A DNA stretch of 64,000 nt from the IMG/VR virus record IMGVR_UViG_3300001450_010303, positions 1-64,000 of that record; one strand, 5' to 3'. Origin of the DNA: a virus. The translations under genes and the position numbers were made by a program. Shown one piece after another: positions 34,499 to 45,394 of this stretch (the first letter of the stretch is position 1; each line of letters opens with the position of its first letter). The notes under the pieces are model-generated. The model was not told the origin of the DNA, made no database searches, and saw only the letters and a list, made by a program, of their open reading frames with translations.

Positions 34499-35150
34499 TA
34501 GAAATTTTTATACTAATGCCGGCCTCCGAGTATATGTAGAAAAATCACCAATAGAAGAAGATATTGATTTAGAAAGAGTCGTATCTAAGTATGAAAGCAT
34601 CCTGGCGCCACATTTAAGGGCCGAGATAGAAATGGTTATAATTGGCTGGTTTAAAGAATTTGAAGAACGCTCTATTAGTGCTTTTTATGATTCTGGTACA
34701 TTATTTATATCACACGCCCAAAGCAGTGAAGAAGATATTATAACTGATATGATTCACGAAACCTCTCATTCTATAGAAGTCGCTCATGGATATCAAATTT
34801 ATGGAGACAAAAAAATAGAAGAAGAGTTTCTTACAAAAAGAAAACATCTCCATGATTTATTGTGGTCTATGGGATATAAGGTACCGCTATCTGTTTTTAT
34901 GGAAACTGAGTATAATGAAGAACTCGATATGTTCCTTCTTGAAGAAGTAGGATACGAAAAATTAACGGGTATCGTGCAGGGTATGTTTATATCAGCCTAC
35001 TCGCCAACATCATTAAGGGAATATTTTGCTACAGGATTTACTGATTTCTATTCAAACAGAAATCATAAATATCTTCAAAAAGTAAGTCCTGCCTTATATG
35101 AGAAGCTTATTTTGTTACATGACGAAGAAAAGCTTGACAATCATTACTAA
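34461..35150 (+). CDS. HExxH zinc-peptidase-like protein
   Basis: MIHETSH ... REYFA. Confidence 0.7.
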   Translation: MRLKDLKQKNQNNRNFYTNAGLRVYVEKSPIEEDIDLERVVSKYESILAPHLRAEIEMVIIGWFKEFEERSISAFYDSGTLFISHAQSSEEDIITDMIHETSHSIEVAHGYQIYGDKKIEEEFLTKRKHLHDLLWSMGYKVPLSVFMETEYNEELDMFLLEEVGYEKLTGIVQGMFISAYSPTSLREYFATGFTDFYSNRNHKYLQKVSPALYEKLILLHDEEKLDNHY

Positions 35151-35162
35151 AATGGTTATATT
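35134..35162 (+). promoter_or_regulatory. sigma70-type promoter heading the nuclease/glycan operon
   Basis: TTGACA 35134, 17 bp spacer, TATATT 35157. Confidence 0.65.
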
Positions 35163-35182
35163 ATAGTAATATAATTGGAGGG

Positions 35183-35953
35183 ATGATGTCACACATATCC
35201 TACTCGGAACTCAAGGACTGGGCATTCTGCCCTTTTTACCACAAGCTCACACGCCTCGATAAGATCGATGGATTCAAAGGTAATGCATACACAGCCTTTG
35301 GAAGTGCTATCCATTCTGTATGTGAAAAAAAGCTTCTCCACGAAGCGGTCGACGATGACTTCTTTATACAAGAATTCGAAAAGAACATAAAGTCTCTCGA
35401 CGACGATATCGAGGTTAATGAGAAGTTAGTAAATGATATGGTGGGTCAAGGAAAAGAGATTATCCCCGAAATTGAGGACGCCCTCGCTGACTATTTTGAA
35501 GAGTTTGAAGTAATGGCAGTTGAAATGCCACTTATGGAAACTATCGAGAACGATGATAAACTTTTTAAGGGTTATATTGACGCCGTCGTTGCCACTCCTG
35601 ACGGAAAAATTCATATATTTGATTGGAAGACATGTTCTTGGGGTTGGGACGCGAAGAAAAAGAGTGACAAGCTTGTGACGTACCAGCTTACGTTGTACAA
35701 ACACTTTTTTTGCCAAAAGATGGGGGTTGATCCAAAGGACGTCGAGACACATTTTGCACTACTTAAACGTACAGCCAAGAAAAACAGAGTTGAGTTCTTC
35801 AGAGTAACAAGCGGAACGAAAAAAACTGAAAATGCTCTTAAACTTTTGAGAACCGCACTGTACAATATTAAAAATAAGCGAAGCATTAAAAATCGCTTAT
35901 CCTGTACCGGTGGGTATGGCTGTAAATTTTATAAGACAGAACACTGTCCATGA
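35183..35953 (+). CDS. PD-(D/E)xK nuclease, Cas4/AddB-like
   Basis: ISYS..CP, GSAIH, GYID, DWKT, QLTLY; three C-terminal Cys (Fe-S staple pattern). Confidence 0.85.
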   Translation: MMSHISYSELKDWAFCPFYHKLTRLDKIDGFKGNAYTAFGSAIHSVCEKKLLHEAVDDDFFIQEFEKNIKSLDDDIEVNEKLVNDMVGQGKEIIPEIEDALADYFEEFEVMAVEMPLMETIENDDKLFKGYIDAVVATPDGKIHIFDWKTCSWGWDAKKKSDKLVTYQLTLYKHFFCQKMGVDPKDVETHFALLKRTAKKNRVEFFRVTSGTKKTENALKLLRTALYNIKNKRSIKNRLSCTGGYGCKFYKTEHCP

Positions 35954-35960
35954 GGAAAAA

Positions 35961-37244
35961 ATGAAAAAAAAGAAAATTCTGGTTCTAAGTGATCACCCGC
36001 TCTCTCCGTCCGGAGTTGGGACACAAACAAAATATATGATTGAAGCTCTGCTTAAAACAGGTAGATATAAAGTAGTGTGTCTCGGCGGCGCTATCAAACA
36101 TCATGATTATTCTCCACAAAAGGTGAGTCCTTACGAAGATGATTGGGTTATATATCCTATCGATGGTTATGGCAATCATGAGACAATTAGATCTGTCTTA
36201 CAAAAAGAAAAACCAGATGTATTATGGTTCATGACCGATCCTAGATTCTATGGTTGGTTATGGGAGATAGAGAATGAAGTAAGGGCAAATATACCCATGG
36301 TATATTATCATGTTTGGGATAACTTCCCAGCGCCATTTTTTAATGCGCCGTTCTATCAATCAACTGATGAGGTGGTATGTATATCAAAAGTAACCCATGA
36401 AATCTTAAAGGTTACAGCACCCGATGTTTCAAGCCAATACTTGCCCCATGCAGTTAATTATAGCATGTTCCATCCGTATAAAACAACAGAAGAAAAAGCG
36501 ATAACACAAACTATAAAAGAAAGAATTTTCAATGCATCAGAAAATTTTAAAAACCCTAACAAAAAAATCTTCTTCTGGAACAACAGAAACGCTAGAAGAA
36601 AGCAACCAGGTACTCTAATTTGGTGGTTTAAAGAATTTTTAGACGAAGTCGGACACGACAAGGCAACTCTTTTAATGCATACAGACGCAAGAGACCCACA
36701 CGGCCAAGATTTACCGCATTTAATAGAACATTTAGGCATCAGTGATGGGCAAGTGCTGTTATCAACTGAGAAAGTAAGTTCTGAAGAATTAGCAAACTTA
36801 TACAATGTGTGTGATTATACAATTAATATTTCTGATGCGGAAGGATTTGGTTTGGCGACGTTAGAATCATTGTCTTGTGGAACTCCAATTATAGTTAATA
36901 TGACTGGTGGATTACAAGAACAAGTAACAAATGGAAAGGATTGGTTTGGATGGGGCATCCAACCTTCTTCTAAATCTGTGATCGGCTCTTTACAAGTTCC
37001 TTACATTTTTGAAGATAGAATCAGTAAAGAAGACTTTATTAATATTTTAAAGAAAGCAATAAATGTTAGCCCCAAGGCTTATAAAAGAATGTCAACCCAA
37101 GGCAATGCCCATGTTATGGAAAATTATAACTTTGAGGATTATGAAAAAAATTGGGTCAAAACTATAGACGATGTTATTAAAAGACACGGCTCATGGGAAA
37201 CAAGAAAAAATTATAAACGTTGGCATCTAATGGAGGTTGCATGA
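35961..37244 (+). CDS. GT-B (GT4-like) glycosyltransferase
   Basis: RNARRK, EGFGLATLESLSCGTP. Confidence 0.9.
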   Translation: MKKKKILVLSDHPLSPSGVGTQTKYMIEALLKTGRYKVVCLGGAIKHHDYSPQKVSPYEDDWVIYPIDGYGNHETIRSVLQKEKPDVLWFMTDPRFYGWLWEIENEVRANIPMVYYHVWDNFPAPFFNAPFYQSTDEVVCISKVTHEILKVTAPDVSSQYLPHAVNYSMFHPYKTTEEKAITQTIKERIFNASENFKNPNKKIFFWNNRNARRKQPGTLIWWFKEFLDEVGHDKATLLMHTDARDPHGQDLPHLIEHLGISDGQVLLSTEKVSSEELANLYNVCDYTINISDAEGFGLATLESLSCGTPIIVNMTGGLQEQVTNGKDWFGWGIQPSSKSVIGSLQVPYIFEDRISKEDFINILKKAINVSPKAYKRMSTQGNAHVMENYNFEDYEKNWVKTIDDVIKRHGSWETRKNYKRWHLMEVA

Positions 37245-38503
37245 AAAAGAAGATTTTATTTAAGGCGCCAGTTTTAACTCGCTCCGGATACGGAGAACAA
37301 TCACGGTTTGCACTAAGATCTCTTAGAAGCAGGGAAGATATATTCGATATTTATATACAACCTTTACAATGGGGAGCCACATCGTGGATTAATACGATGG
37401 ACGAGGAGCGATTATGGATTGATCAAGTAATCGAGAAAACAATCGCGTTTATACAGCAGGGAGGAAAATTTGATATGTCCTTTCAAGTTACGATCCCTAA
37501 TGAATGGGAGAAAATCGCCCCGATCAATATTGGATACACTGCCGGCATAGAAACAACTAAAGTAGCACATCAGTGGATTGATCGTGGAAATATAATGGAT
37601 AAAATTATAGTTGTTTCAAACCACTCGAAAAATACATTTAAGGATACAGTATATCAGGCTGTCAATGAAGAAACAAAAGAACAAATAGAGTTTCAACTTA
37701 AAACTGAAATAGATGTTGTAAATTATCCGGCTAAACAATATAATAATCTGCCAGAAATTGAATTAGAATTAAAACATGACATAAATTTTGTTTCAATAGC
37801 TCAATTAGGCCCAAGAAAAAATCTTCCAAATACAGTAAAATGGTTTGTAGAAGAATTTAAAGATGATGAAATTGGTTTAATTTTAAAAACTAATTTAGCA
37901 AAAAATTGTCACATGGATCGATTAAATGTTTTCAATCAATTAACGGGGATGCTGTCAAATTACAAAGATAGAAAGTGTAGTGTTTATCTGCTCCATGGTG
38001 ACATGGAAGATGATGAAGTTCATTCCATTTACAACCACGATAAAGTCAAGGCACTTGTTAGTCTAGCTCATGGAGAAGGATTTGGATTGCCAATATTTGA
38101 AGCAACTTATTCTGGAATGCCAGTAATCTGTAACGGTTGGTCCGGACAGTGCGATTTCATATATGATGAAGAGGGAACAGCAGGATTTTACAGCGTGTCA
38201 TATGACATGAACCAAGTACAGCCAGAAGTTGTGTGGGATGGAGTTCTAATTAAAGAATCTATGTGGGCATACTCTAGAGAACACTCAGCAAAGAAACAAA
38301 TGAGAGAATGTTACAACGATATAAAAGATCAAAAAGAAGGAAGTATCGCCTTAAACTCAAAATCATTTGGAGTTTATACACAAGAGAGATTCTCGAAAGA
38401 TAAGCAATATGAAAAGATGGTTAATGCACTACTACCATTTCTAGACTCTGAGGAAGACAAAAAGTGGCGTGATGTATTAGATCAAGTAGTGGAGTATGAG
38501 TAA
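37241..38503 (+). CDS. GT-B (GT4-like) glycosyltransferase
   Basis: SGYG, PRKN, GEGFGLPIFEA. Confidence 0.9.
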   Translation: MKKKILFKAPVLTRSGYGEQSRFALRSLRSREDIFDIYIQPLQWGATSWINTMDEERLWIDQVIEKTIAFIQQGGKFDMSFQVTIPNEWEKIAPINIGYTAGIETTKVAHQWIDRGNIMDKIIVVSNHSKNTFKDTVYQAVNEETKEQIEFQLKTEIDVVNYPAKQYNNLPEIELELKHDINFVSIAQLGPRKNLPNTVKWFVEEFKDDEIGLILKTNLAKNCHMDRLNVFNQLTGMLSNYKDRKCSVYLLHGDMEDDEVHSIYNHDKVKALVSLAHGEGFGLPIFEATYSGMPVICNGWSGQCDFIYDEEGTAGFYSVSYDMNQVQPEVVWDGVLIKESMWAYSREHSAKKQMRECYNDIKDQKEGSIALNSKSFGVYTQERFSKDKQYEKMVNALLPFLDSEEDKKWRDVLDQVVEYE

Positions 38504-40154
38504 GAAAGTAATATTTATCTCTGATTTCTTTATCAATGAAATCTGTGGTGGTGCCGAATTCTGTAATGATGCTTTAATTAATTCTTTAAAGCATCGTTTT
38601 ACAATTAAACAACATAAATCGAAATCGATAACACCGGAGTTTATTCGTACCAATAACGATTGCTTTTTTATAATTGCTAATTTCTTTATGCTAACTGAAC
38701 AGTGTAAAGAAGAATTAGCTAATGTAACATATGTTATATTTGAACATGATCACAAATATATTAGGTCAAATAACCCAGCGCTGTATAAGAATTTTTTAGC
38801 ACCAGAAAGTCAATTACAAAACAAACAGTTTTTTAAAAATGCATTAGCGGTGATATGTCAAAGCAAGAAGCACGCAGAAGTAGTACAGAAAAACTTATTA
38901 TTAACTAATGTAGTTAATTCAGCTGGGAATATCTGGACCGACGAACAAATTAGTATATTAGAAGCTAATATCGATAATGAAAAAGATATAGAATACGCGG
39001 TTTTAAACTCACAAAACAGAAACAAAGGCATGCCAGCCGCAATTGAATACTGTAAAAGAAAATCAATTGAGTTTCAGTTCCTTAACCCAGCACCATTCGA
39101 CGAATATATAAGAAGTATATCTAAGATAAAACATTTAGTATTTCTTCCACAATGGTTAGAATCATATAGTAGGCTAGCCATAGAGGCACGAATATTAGGG
39201 TGCAAGCTAATAACCAACGGCCTCCTCGGCGCTGCTAGCGAAGATTATTTTCAATTATCCGGCCGGGAACTATTGGAATATATCGTAGGAAATAATAATA
39301 GAATTATTAAAAACTGGACAAAACTAATTGAATCTGAGACAGCGATTTTTATAGAGCAAATAGAGCTTCCAAAAATAACGGTGTTTTGCCCCATTTATAA
39401 TGCAGAAAAATATATTGTTAATTTCTTAGATGATATGAAAAGACAAACAATATTTGATAACTGCGAACTAATAATAATAAATGCGAATTCACCACAAAAC
39501 GAAGATGAGCCTATCAATGCGTTTAAAAAGCAAAACAAAAATGTAGTATATAAGAAATTAAATTATAGAGCTACTGTTATGGAAACAGAAAATATGGCCA
39601 TCAAAATGGCCAAGGGAGAGTTCTTTGCACAGTGCTGTGTCGACGACGCACACTCTATAGATTATCTAGAGACATTGGCCAAACATCTACACTTCGCGGA
39701 AGATATTGATTTGGTGTATGCTGACTGCTTACAAACTACACGCCCTCTTGAATCGTTTGAGAACAACTCTTCAAACGGAAAACTATATGAGCATTCTATC
39801 AATACGTTCTCCCGAGAAAACATGATTAAGTGTCTGCCCGGCCCCATGCCTATGTGGAAAAAAGAAGTTCATGCCAAGAGTGGATATTTTAATGAGGCCA
39901 TGGCCCACGCCGGAGATTGGGATATGTTCTTAAGGATGGTCCTCGCGGGATCAAAATTTAAAAAGATTGATAGGCCTCTAGGACTTTATTATTATAACTC
40001 AGAAGGTTTATCAACTAGCCCAGAGTATTCTATGAAAAGAGGCCGCGAAGAGGCAAAGGTTTTTTTTGATAATAAAGAAATCTTTGGAGAACAAAATTAT
40101 AAAAGATACGAAGAGTATTTTAAACAATTCTTAAAGGAAGAGACAAATGAGTGA
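38496..40154 (+). CDS. GT-B plus GT2 fusion glycosyltransferase
   Basis: N-terminal GGAE...ESYSRLAIEA; C-terminal PIYNAEKY, VDD, AGDWDMFLR. Confidence 0.85.
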   Translation: MSKKVIFISDFFINEICGGAEFCNDALINSLKHRFTIKQHKSKSITPEFIRTNNDCFFIIANFFMLTEQCKEELANVTYVIFEHDHKYIRSNNPALYKNFLAPESQLQNKQFFKNALAVICQSKKHAEVVQKNLLLTNVVNSAGNIWTDEQISILEANIDNEKDIEYAVLNSQNRNKGMPAAIEYCKRKSIEFQFLNPAPFDEYIRSISKIKHLVFLPQWLESYSRLAIEARILGCKLITNGLLGAASEDYFQLSGRELLEYIVGNNNRIIKNWTKLIESETAIFIEQIELPKITVFCPIYNAEKYIVNFLDDMKRQTIFDNCELIIINANSPQNEDEPINAFKKQNKNVVYKKLNYRATVMETENMAIKMAKGEFFAQCCVDDAHSIDYLETLAKHLHFAEDIDLVYADCLQTTRPLESFENNSSNGKLYEHSINTFSRENMIKCLPGPMPMWKKEVHAKSGYFNEAMAHAGDWDMFLRMVLAGSKFKKIDRPLGLYYYNSEGLSTSPEYSMKRGREEAKVFFDNKEIFGEQNYKRYEEYFKQFLKEETNE

Positions 40155-40557
40155 GAGAAAATACCTACCCACACTATCAGAATTGATAGACCGATTATCG
40201 ATCGCGCAACTTAAGGAGGTCTTTATACCAGACCATAAAGAAGAGTATGCGAGTGAAATATCAGACATTTTACATGATATAGACTTGACGCTTAAGGAAA
40301 AGGATGTTATAATAGATGGTAGAGCAATTAGAGCCCTCGTAGTATTATCACAAATGAACTTACACATTTGGCATAATGAGACAAACTATCGCAAGGGAAT
40401 AAGTGAAGGAAACGACCTGGAGCTAACCCATGGTCTAAATGGCATTAGAAACACAGCAAAGAATAGGATTCAAGAGTTATCCGGCGGCAGAAAAGACTAT
40501 AAAATTGATTGTTTAGCAGCCGATTTTAAGGATTGGGAGATTAGTTGGGATGAATAA
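40147..40557 (+). CDS. DUF6165-like protein
   Basis: ELIDRLSI..LK...IW..E...N..R...K pattern. Confidence 0.6.
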   Translation: MSERKYLPTLSELIDRLSIAQLKEVFIPDHKEEYASEISDILHDIDLTLKEKDVIIDGRAIRALVVLSQMNLHIWHNETNYRKGISEGNDLELTHGLNGIRNTAKNRIQELSGGRKDYKIDCLAADFKDWEISWDE

Positions 40558-40852
40558 AGATTTAACATTCAAAGAATATTATGAATATTATCTGACACTT
40601 CATAAAGATCCACGAACCCGACGCTTACATATACTTGGCCAGGCCGCTACAATCGTATATGTCGCTGGTATTATTTATACAAGTCTCTGGCCCCTACTAT
40701 TAGCTGCCCCTTTCGTTGTTTATCCATTTGCGTGGTCAGGTCACTTCTTTTTCGAAAAGAATACACCGGCCGCCTTTACGCGCCCAATTTGGGCAAAAGC
40801 ATGCGATTGGGTTATGCTTAAAGACACAATTACAGGAAAAATAGAACTATGA
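40550..40852 (+). CDS. DUF962/Mpo1-like membrane protein
   Basis: YYLTLH...RRLH...FAWSGHFFFEKNTPA. Confidence 0.8.
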   Translation: MNKDLTFKEYYEYYLTLHKDPRTRRLHILGQAATIVYVAGIIYTSLWPLLLAAPFVVYPFAWSGHFFFEKNTPAAFTRPIWAKACDWVMLKDTITGKIEL

Positions 40853-41778
40853 ACATTTTAATTACCGGTGGCGCCGGATACATCGGCAGTGAATTAACAC
40901 AATATCTCTTAGACGATGGGCACAAGGTCATTGCATATGATAATTTAATGTACGATCCCACATCGTTACTGAGATATACAAACAACCCTAATTTCTCTTT
41001 TGTAAAAGGAGATGTTAGGAACCTTGAGTTACTAAAGAAATATACCGAGAAAGCTGATATTATAATCCCCTTAGCTGCTTTAGTTGGGTTTCCTTTATGT
41101 GACAAAGACGTCCGCGGTGCGCACGAAATTAACCATGAGGTAAATGCTTGGATTGCAAAAAACAAATCCGTGGATCAATTAGTTATCTATCCGTGCACCA
41201 ACTCTGGATATGGAACGAGTGCTGGTGGCTCCGTGGTCACTGAAGAGTCACCCTTAAATCCTGTGTCTTTATACGGTAGAACAAAAGTAGCAGGTGAGCG
41301 TGAATATAGAAACGTTGAAAATCATGTCACCTTTAGGTTAGCTACGGTATTCGGTCCCGGTTCTAGAATGAGAACCGACCTATTAGTTAATAACTTTGTT
41401 CTCAAGGCGCTTAGAGAACGCGTCCTGGTTCTCTACGAATGTGAATTTATGAGAAACTACGGACACCTCCAAGATGTATGCCGTGCTTTTAAGTGGGCTA
41501 TTAACAATTGGGAAGTTGTCAAGAATGACACATATAATATGGGTAACGACTCGCTCAATATGAACAAACTTCAATTAGCACAAAAGATTCAAGAGCATCT
41601 TCCGCTAGAAATTATTAAAGCAGAATTCAACACTGATCCAGACACCCGCGATTATACAGTTAGCAGTCAAAAGTTTTATGACACAGGTTTTGAGTGTAAA
41701 TATGATTTAGACGATGGAATTAAACAGCTTATCACGGCATATAGTATTATTGAATCTCCGTGGTACGCAAATTACTAG
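40849..41778 (+). CDS. NAD-dependent epimerase/dehydratase
   Basis: TGGAGYIG, YGRTK, FRLATVFG. Confidence 0.9.
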   Translation: MNILITGGAGYIGSELTQYLLDDGHKVIAYDNLMYDPTSLLRYTNNPNFSFVKGDVRNLELLKKYTEKADIIIPLAALVGFPLCDKDVRGAHEINHEVNAWIAKNKSVDQLVIYPCTNSGYGTSAGGSVVTEESPLNPVSLYGRTKVAGEREYRNVENHVTFRLATVFGPGSRMRTDLLVNNFVLKALRERVLVLYECEFMRNYGHLQDVCRAFKWAINNWEVVKNDTYNMGNDSLNMNKLQLAQKIQEHLPLEIIKAEFNTDPDTRDYTVSSQKFYDTGFECKYDLDDGIKQLITAYSIIESPWYANY

Positions 41779-41785
41779 GAAAATT

Positions 41786-43297
41786 ATGAGTAAAAAATTA
41801 GACGTTTTGTTCGTGCATCCAAATGGTGCTCCTATCATTTATCAAGAATTGTCAAAGACATACTCCGCGATAGAACCCCCCATTTGGGCAGCTTTATTAG
41901 CTAACAATGCCCGGGCAAACGGGTGGAATACCCAGCTAATTGATTGTGAAGCAGAACAACTGAATGCTTCAGAATCAGCAGAAGTAATAGGATCCTACAA
42001 CCCAAAATTAGTTGCAATTGTAATCTATGGCCAACAACCATCAGCCTCCACACAAAATATGGCCGGCACCCGAGCGCTCTTGGCAGAGATTCGGGCGTCA
42101 CATGGCCATCTTAAAACTGTATTAATAGGTTTGCACCCATCAGCTGTATCTCGTCAAACATTATCAGAGGAACAGACTGACTTTGTGTGCCAGGGGGAAG
42201 GTGTGCACACGGTTAATGCTTTGTTGAGTATCAATATGAATGATACCTCTCAATTGGCAACTGTGCCGGGTCTATGGTATCGAGAAGACGGCAAAATTAG
42301 ATGTACTAAACCAGCCCCAATTATTGCTCAAGAAGCTTTAGAAAAAGAACTTCCAGGTATGGCGTGGGACTTATTGCCTATGGACAAATATCGAACTTCT
42401 AACTGGCATGCAATGACGAATGGGAATGATAGAGCGCCGTTTGCTTCTTTATATACTAGTTTGGGTTGCCCATTTCGTTGTAGCTTCTGCTGTATCAACG
42501 CCCCATTCGGAAACAATAATTTAGAGAATTGGGACACCGCCCGCAATAAGTTCAGATATTGGGATCCGGAATACATTATAAAGGAATTCGATCAGTTTCA
42601 CAAGATGGGGATCCGCAATATAAAAATAGCAGATGAAATGTTCGTCTTATATAAAGATCACTTTATGAGGCTATGTGAATTAATACATGAGAGGGGATAC
42701 GACTTCAACATCTGGGCCTACTCTAGAATAGATACAGTTAAAGAAGAATATTTAGAGACACTCAAAAAAGCAGGGGTTAATTGGTTAGCTCTAGGAATAG
42801 AATCAGGAAACACGGCAGTTAGAAAAGATGTAACAAAGGGAAAATTTACGGATTTAAATATACGTGATTTAGTTGATAGAGTACAAGACGCTGGTATTAG
42901 TGTAATAGGAAATTATATATTTGGGCTACCCGAAGATACGATCGAAACAATGGAAGACACCTTATCTCTATCAATGGAATTAAATTGTGAATTTTCAAAT
43001 TATTATTCGGCCATGGCATACCCTGGATCAAAATTATATTTAGAAGCTTTAAAAGAAGGGTGGGAATTACCTGACACCTATGTGGGTTATTCACAACATT
43101 CGTATGAAACTCAGCCACTCCCAACTAATCATATCTCAGCAGCCGAAGTATTAAAATTTAGAGATGAATCTTTCTTAAAATACTATAAAAATCCAAAGTA
43201 TCTTGATATGATAGAAGAAAGATTTGGAAACAATACTCGTAGTGGTATCGAAGAGATGACTAAAATTAAACTAAAAAGAAAAATCTTAGGAGATTAA
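41786..43297 (+). CDS. cobalamin-binding radical SAM enzyme
   Basis: EPP.W, GLHPS, GEG, CPFRCSFC, GIESG, FGLP. Confidence 0.9.
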   Translation: MSKKLDVLFVHPNGAPIIYQELSKTYSAIEPPIWAALLANNARANGWNTQLIDCEAEQLNASESAEVIGSYNPKLVAIVIYGQQPSASTQNMAGTRALLAEIRASHGHLKTVLIGLHPSAVSRQTLSEEQTDFVCQGEGVHTVNALLSINMNDTSQLATVPGLWYREDGKIRCTKPAPIIAQEALEKELPGMAWDLLPMDKYRTSNWHAMTNGNDRAPFASLYTSLGCPFRCSFCCINAPFGNNNLENWDTARNKFRYWDPEYIIKEFDQFHKMGIRNIKIADEMFVLYKDHFMRLCELIHERGYDFNIWAYSRIDTVKEEYLETLKKAGVNWLALGIESGNTAVRKDVTKGKFTDLNIRDLVDRVQDAGISVIGNYIFGLPEDTIETMEDTLSLSMELNCEFSNYYSAMAYPGSKLYLEALKEGWELPDTYVGYSQHSYETQPLPTNHISAAEVLKFRDESFLKYYKNPKYLDMIEERFGNNTRSGIEEMTKIKLKRKILGD

Positions 43298-43909
43298 GTG
43301 CTAACAAAAAAGGAATTAATACAATTTGAGACCAAAATGGCGACATGCTTTGACGACGCCATGATTCGCGCCCCCGTCCATCTTTACAACGGGAACGAAG
43401 ATCAAATAATAAAAGTATTCAAGGATAACAATATTGGGCCAGAGGATTGGGTTTTATGTTCTTGGAGAAGCCACTATCAATGCTTGCTTAAGGGAGTACC
43501 GCAAGATGAGCTTAAGGCGGCAATTTTGCAAGGGCGCTCTATTTCACTTTGTTTTGCAAAATATCGCGTCTTTTCATCTGGCATTGTAACTGGGGTTCTC
43601 CCAATTGCAACGGGGATTGCTCTAGACATCAAACGAAAGGCTGGTAAGAATAAGGTTTATTGTTTTATGGGGGAAATGACTTCCGAGACGGGTGTTGCTC
43701 ACGAATGTATTAAATATGCCCGCAATCATGAACTTCCAATTCATTTTATTATTGAAGATAATGGCAAGTCAGTATGTACTGACACCCGGGCCACATGGAA
43801 CCAACAGAAACTTACTTATGAAGATGTTAATGATGAATATATTACATACTACAAATACAAACTAGACAAATATCCACATGCTGGAGCAGGGAAGAGGGTC
43901 CAATTCTAA
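43298..43909 (+). CDS. TPP-dependent enzyme, short E1-alpha-like subunit
   Basis: HLYNGNE, WRSH, GEMTSETG...EDN. Confidence 0.8.
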   Translation: MLTKKELIQFETKMATCFDDAMIRAPVHLYNGNEDQIIKVFKDNNIGPEDWVLCSWRSHYQCLLKGVPQDELKAAILQGRSISLCFAKYRVFSSGIVTGVLPIATGIALDIKRKAGKNKVYCFMGEMTSETGVAHECIKYARNHELPIHFIIEDNGKSVCTDTRATWNQQKLTYEDVNDEYITYYKYKLDKYPHAGAGKRVQF

Positions 43910-44448
43910 TGGGAAAATATTTTGATGAACTAAAGAGAGCGATGGATTATCTTGGAGAACAAGAAGATACAATGTTTTTAGGACAAGCAGTTGCCTACAA
44001 GGGCACAGCGATGACTAACACCCTATCGGGAGTGCCAAAAGATAAATTATTAGAAATGCCGGTTGATGAAGAGATGCAGATGGGTATGACCAATGGTTTA
44101 GCTATCAACGGAACAATCCCAATTAGTATATATCCACGATGGAATTTCCTTCTGCTAGCGGTTAATCAGTTGGTTAATCATCTTGATAGGATGAAAGAGT
44201 TTTCTCACGGAGAATACATCCCGAAAGCAATCATCCGCGTCGGCATCGGTTCTGTGCGACCTCTGAATCCCCAAGTTCAACATACGGGGGATTTCACTCA
44301 GATCTTCCGCGGAATGCTGAGGAACACAGAAGTTATCAAATGCGAAGAGCCAGAAGATGTCTTTCCAGCTTACCACAAAGCATATAATCGAAGAGATGGG
44401 AAAAGTACTATAGTCGTAGAATATGGAGACTATTATGGAGAAAAGTAA
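43909..44448 (+). CDS. TPP-dependent enzyme, short E1-beta/pyrimidine-binding subunit
   Basis: FLGQAV, EMPVDE..GM..GLA, NQLVN, QH. Confidence 0.8.
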   Translation: MGKYFDELKRAMDYLGEQEDTMFLGQAVAYKGTAMTNTLSGVPKDKLLEMPVDEEMQMGMTNGLAINGTIPISIYPRWNFLLLAVNQLVNHLDRMKEFSHGEYIPKAIIRVGIGSVRPLNPQVQHTGDFTQIFRGMLRNTEVIKCEEPEDVFPAYHKAYNRRDGKSTIVVEYGDYYGEK

Positions 44449-45394
44449 TCTTAAGGTCTTGTTCATAACAGAGAAATATTGTGATGCGGATCCACAAAAA
44501 GGTTTGACTAATAATTATCATAACTTGTTTAGAACTTTTAAGAATGTACTCCCAGAAGCAAATTTTAGTATCATTCATATAGATGAATATTCTATAGTCA
44601 AGAAAAAACACATCGATAGTTTTATACCAACTGCTGTAGATAAGGTTTCACCGGATGTAGTTATTTTTTCGCTACTTGGAAAATCACACCTGAATCCGAC
44701 TGATGACAGCTATGAATATATTAAGAGTAAGGGCTGCAAAACAGTATTCATGTGGCCGGATGTGTTTGCAGGGTGGGGAATCCCAGAGATTGAGGAAATG
44801 AATGAGAAGGGTTTCGCTGATTTACATGTGTGTTGGGGATCTGAAAGAAATACTAATAAACAATACGATAATTTAATTTGGCTCTGGGCTCCTCAAGACG
44901 AAACTCTTTACCACCCAATCGATTCATCCGAAAAAAGTATAAATACTAGTTTCTTGGGCAGCCCAAGATATGAAGAGAGACAAAGATATCTAACTCATTT
45001 GATAACTAATAAAATTCAAGTACATATAGGCGGAGGCCAAAGAGAGGAGGGCTTATCGGCAGCCAGATATGCTGAATTAATGAGACATAGCAAAATTAGT
45101 TTGAACTTTCCAGGAGGTCCAGAGGGCAATGACCAATGCAAAGGAAGGGTCTGGGAAGTTTTGGCAACAAAGTCTCTTTTGTTGGAAAGAACAAACGATG
45201 CAATAAAAAACTATCTAATACCAAATGTACATTACGTCGAATTTGACAACGAGCAAGATCTAATAGAGAAAATTAAGTATTACTTGGAAAACGAAAAAGA
45301 AAGGGAATACATCGCTCAAAAAGGCTATGAGATATATAAGGACAAATATAATGCAGAAGTATTCTGGAACACAATTATGGAGAAGTTAGGATGA
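44435..45394 (+). CDS. CgeB-like GT-B glycosyltransferase
   Basis: FLGS...R, SKISLNF, KGRVWE, ERE.IA..GY. Confidence 0.8.
   Translation: MEKSNLKVLFITEKYCDADPQKGLTNNYHNLFRTFKNVLPEANFSIIHIDEYSIVKKKHIDSFIPTAVDKVSPDVVIFSLLGKSHLNPTDDSYEYIKSKGCKTVFMWPDVFAGWGIPEIEEMNEKGFADLHVCWGSERNTNKQYDNLIWLWAPQDETLYHPIDSSEKSINTSFLGSPRYEERQRYLTHLITNKIQVHIGGGQREEGLSAARYAELMRHSKISLNFPGGPEGNDQCKGRVWEVLATKSLLLERTNDAIKNYLIPNVHYVEFDNEQDLIEKIKYYLENEKEREYIAQKGYEIYKDKYNAEVFWNTIMEKLG

Noticed and set aside
35183-35953. Cas4-like gene as part of a CRISPR-Cas system
   Set aside because: No cas1/cas2 or array in the window; solo Cas4-like nucleases are common in phages.
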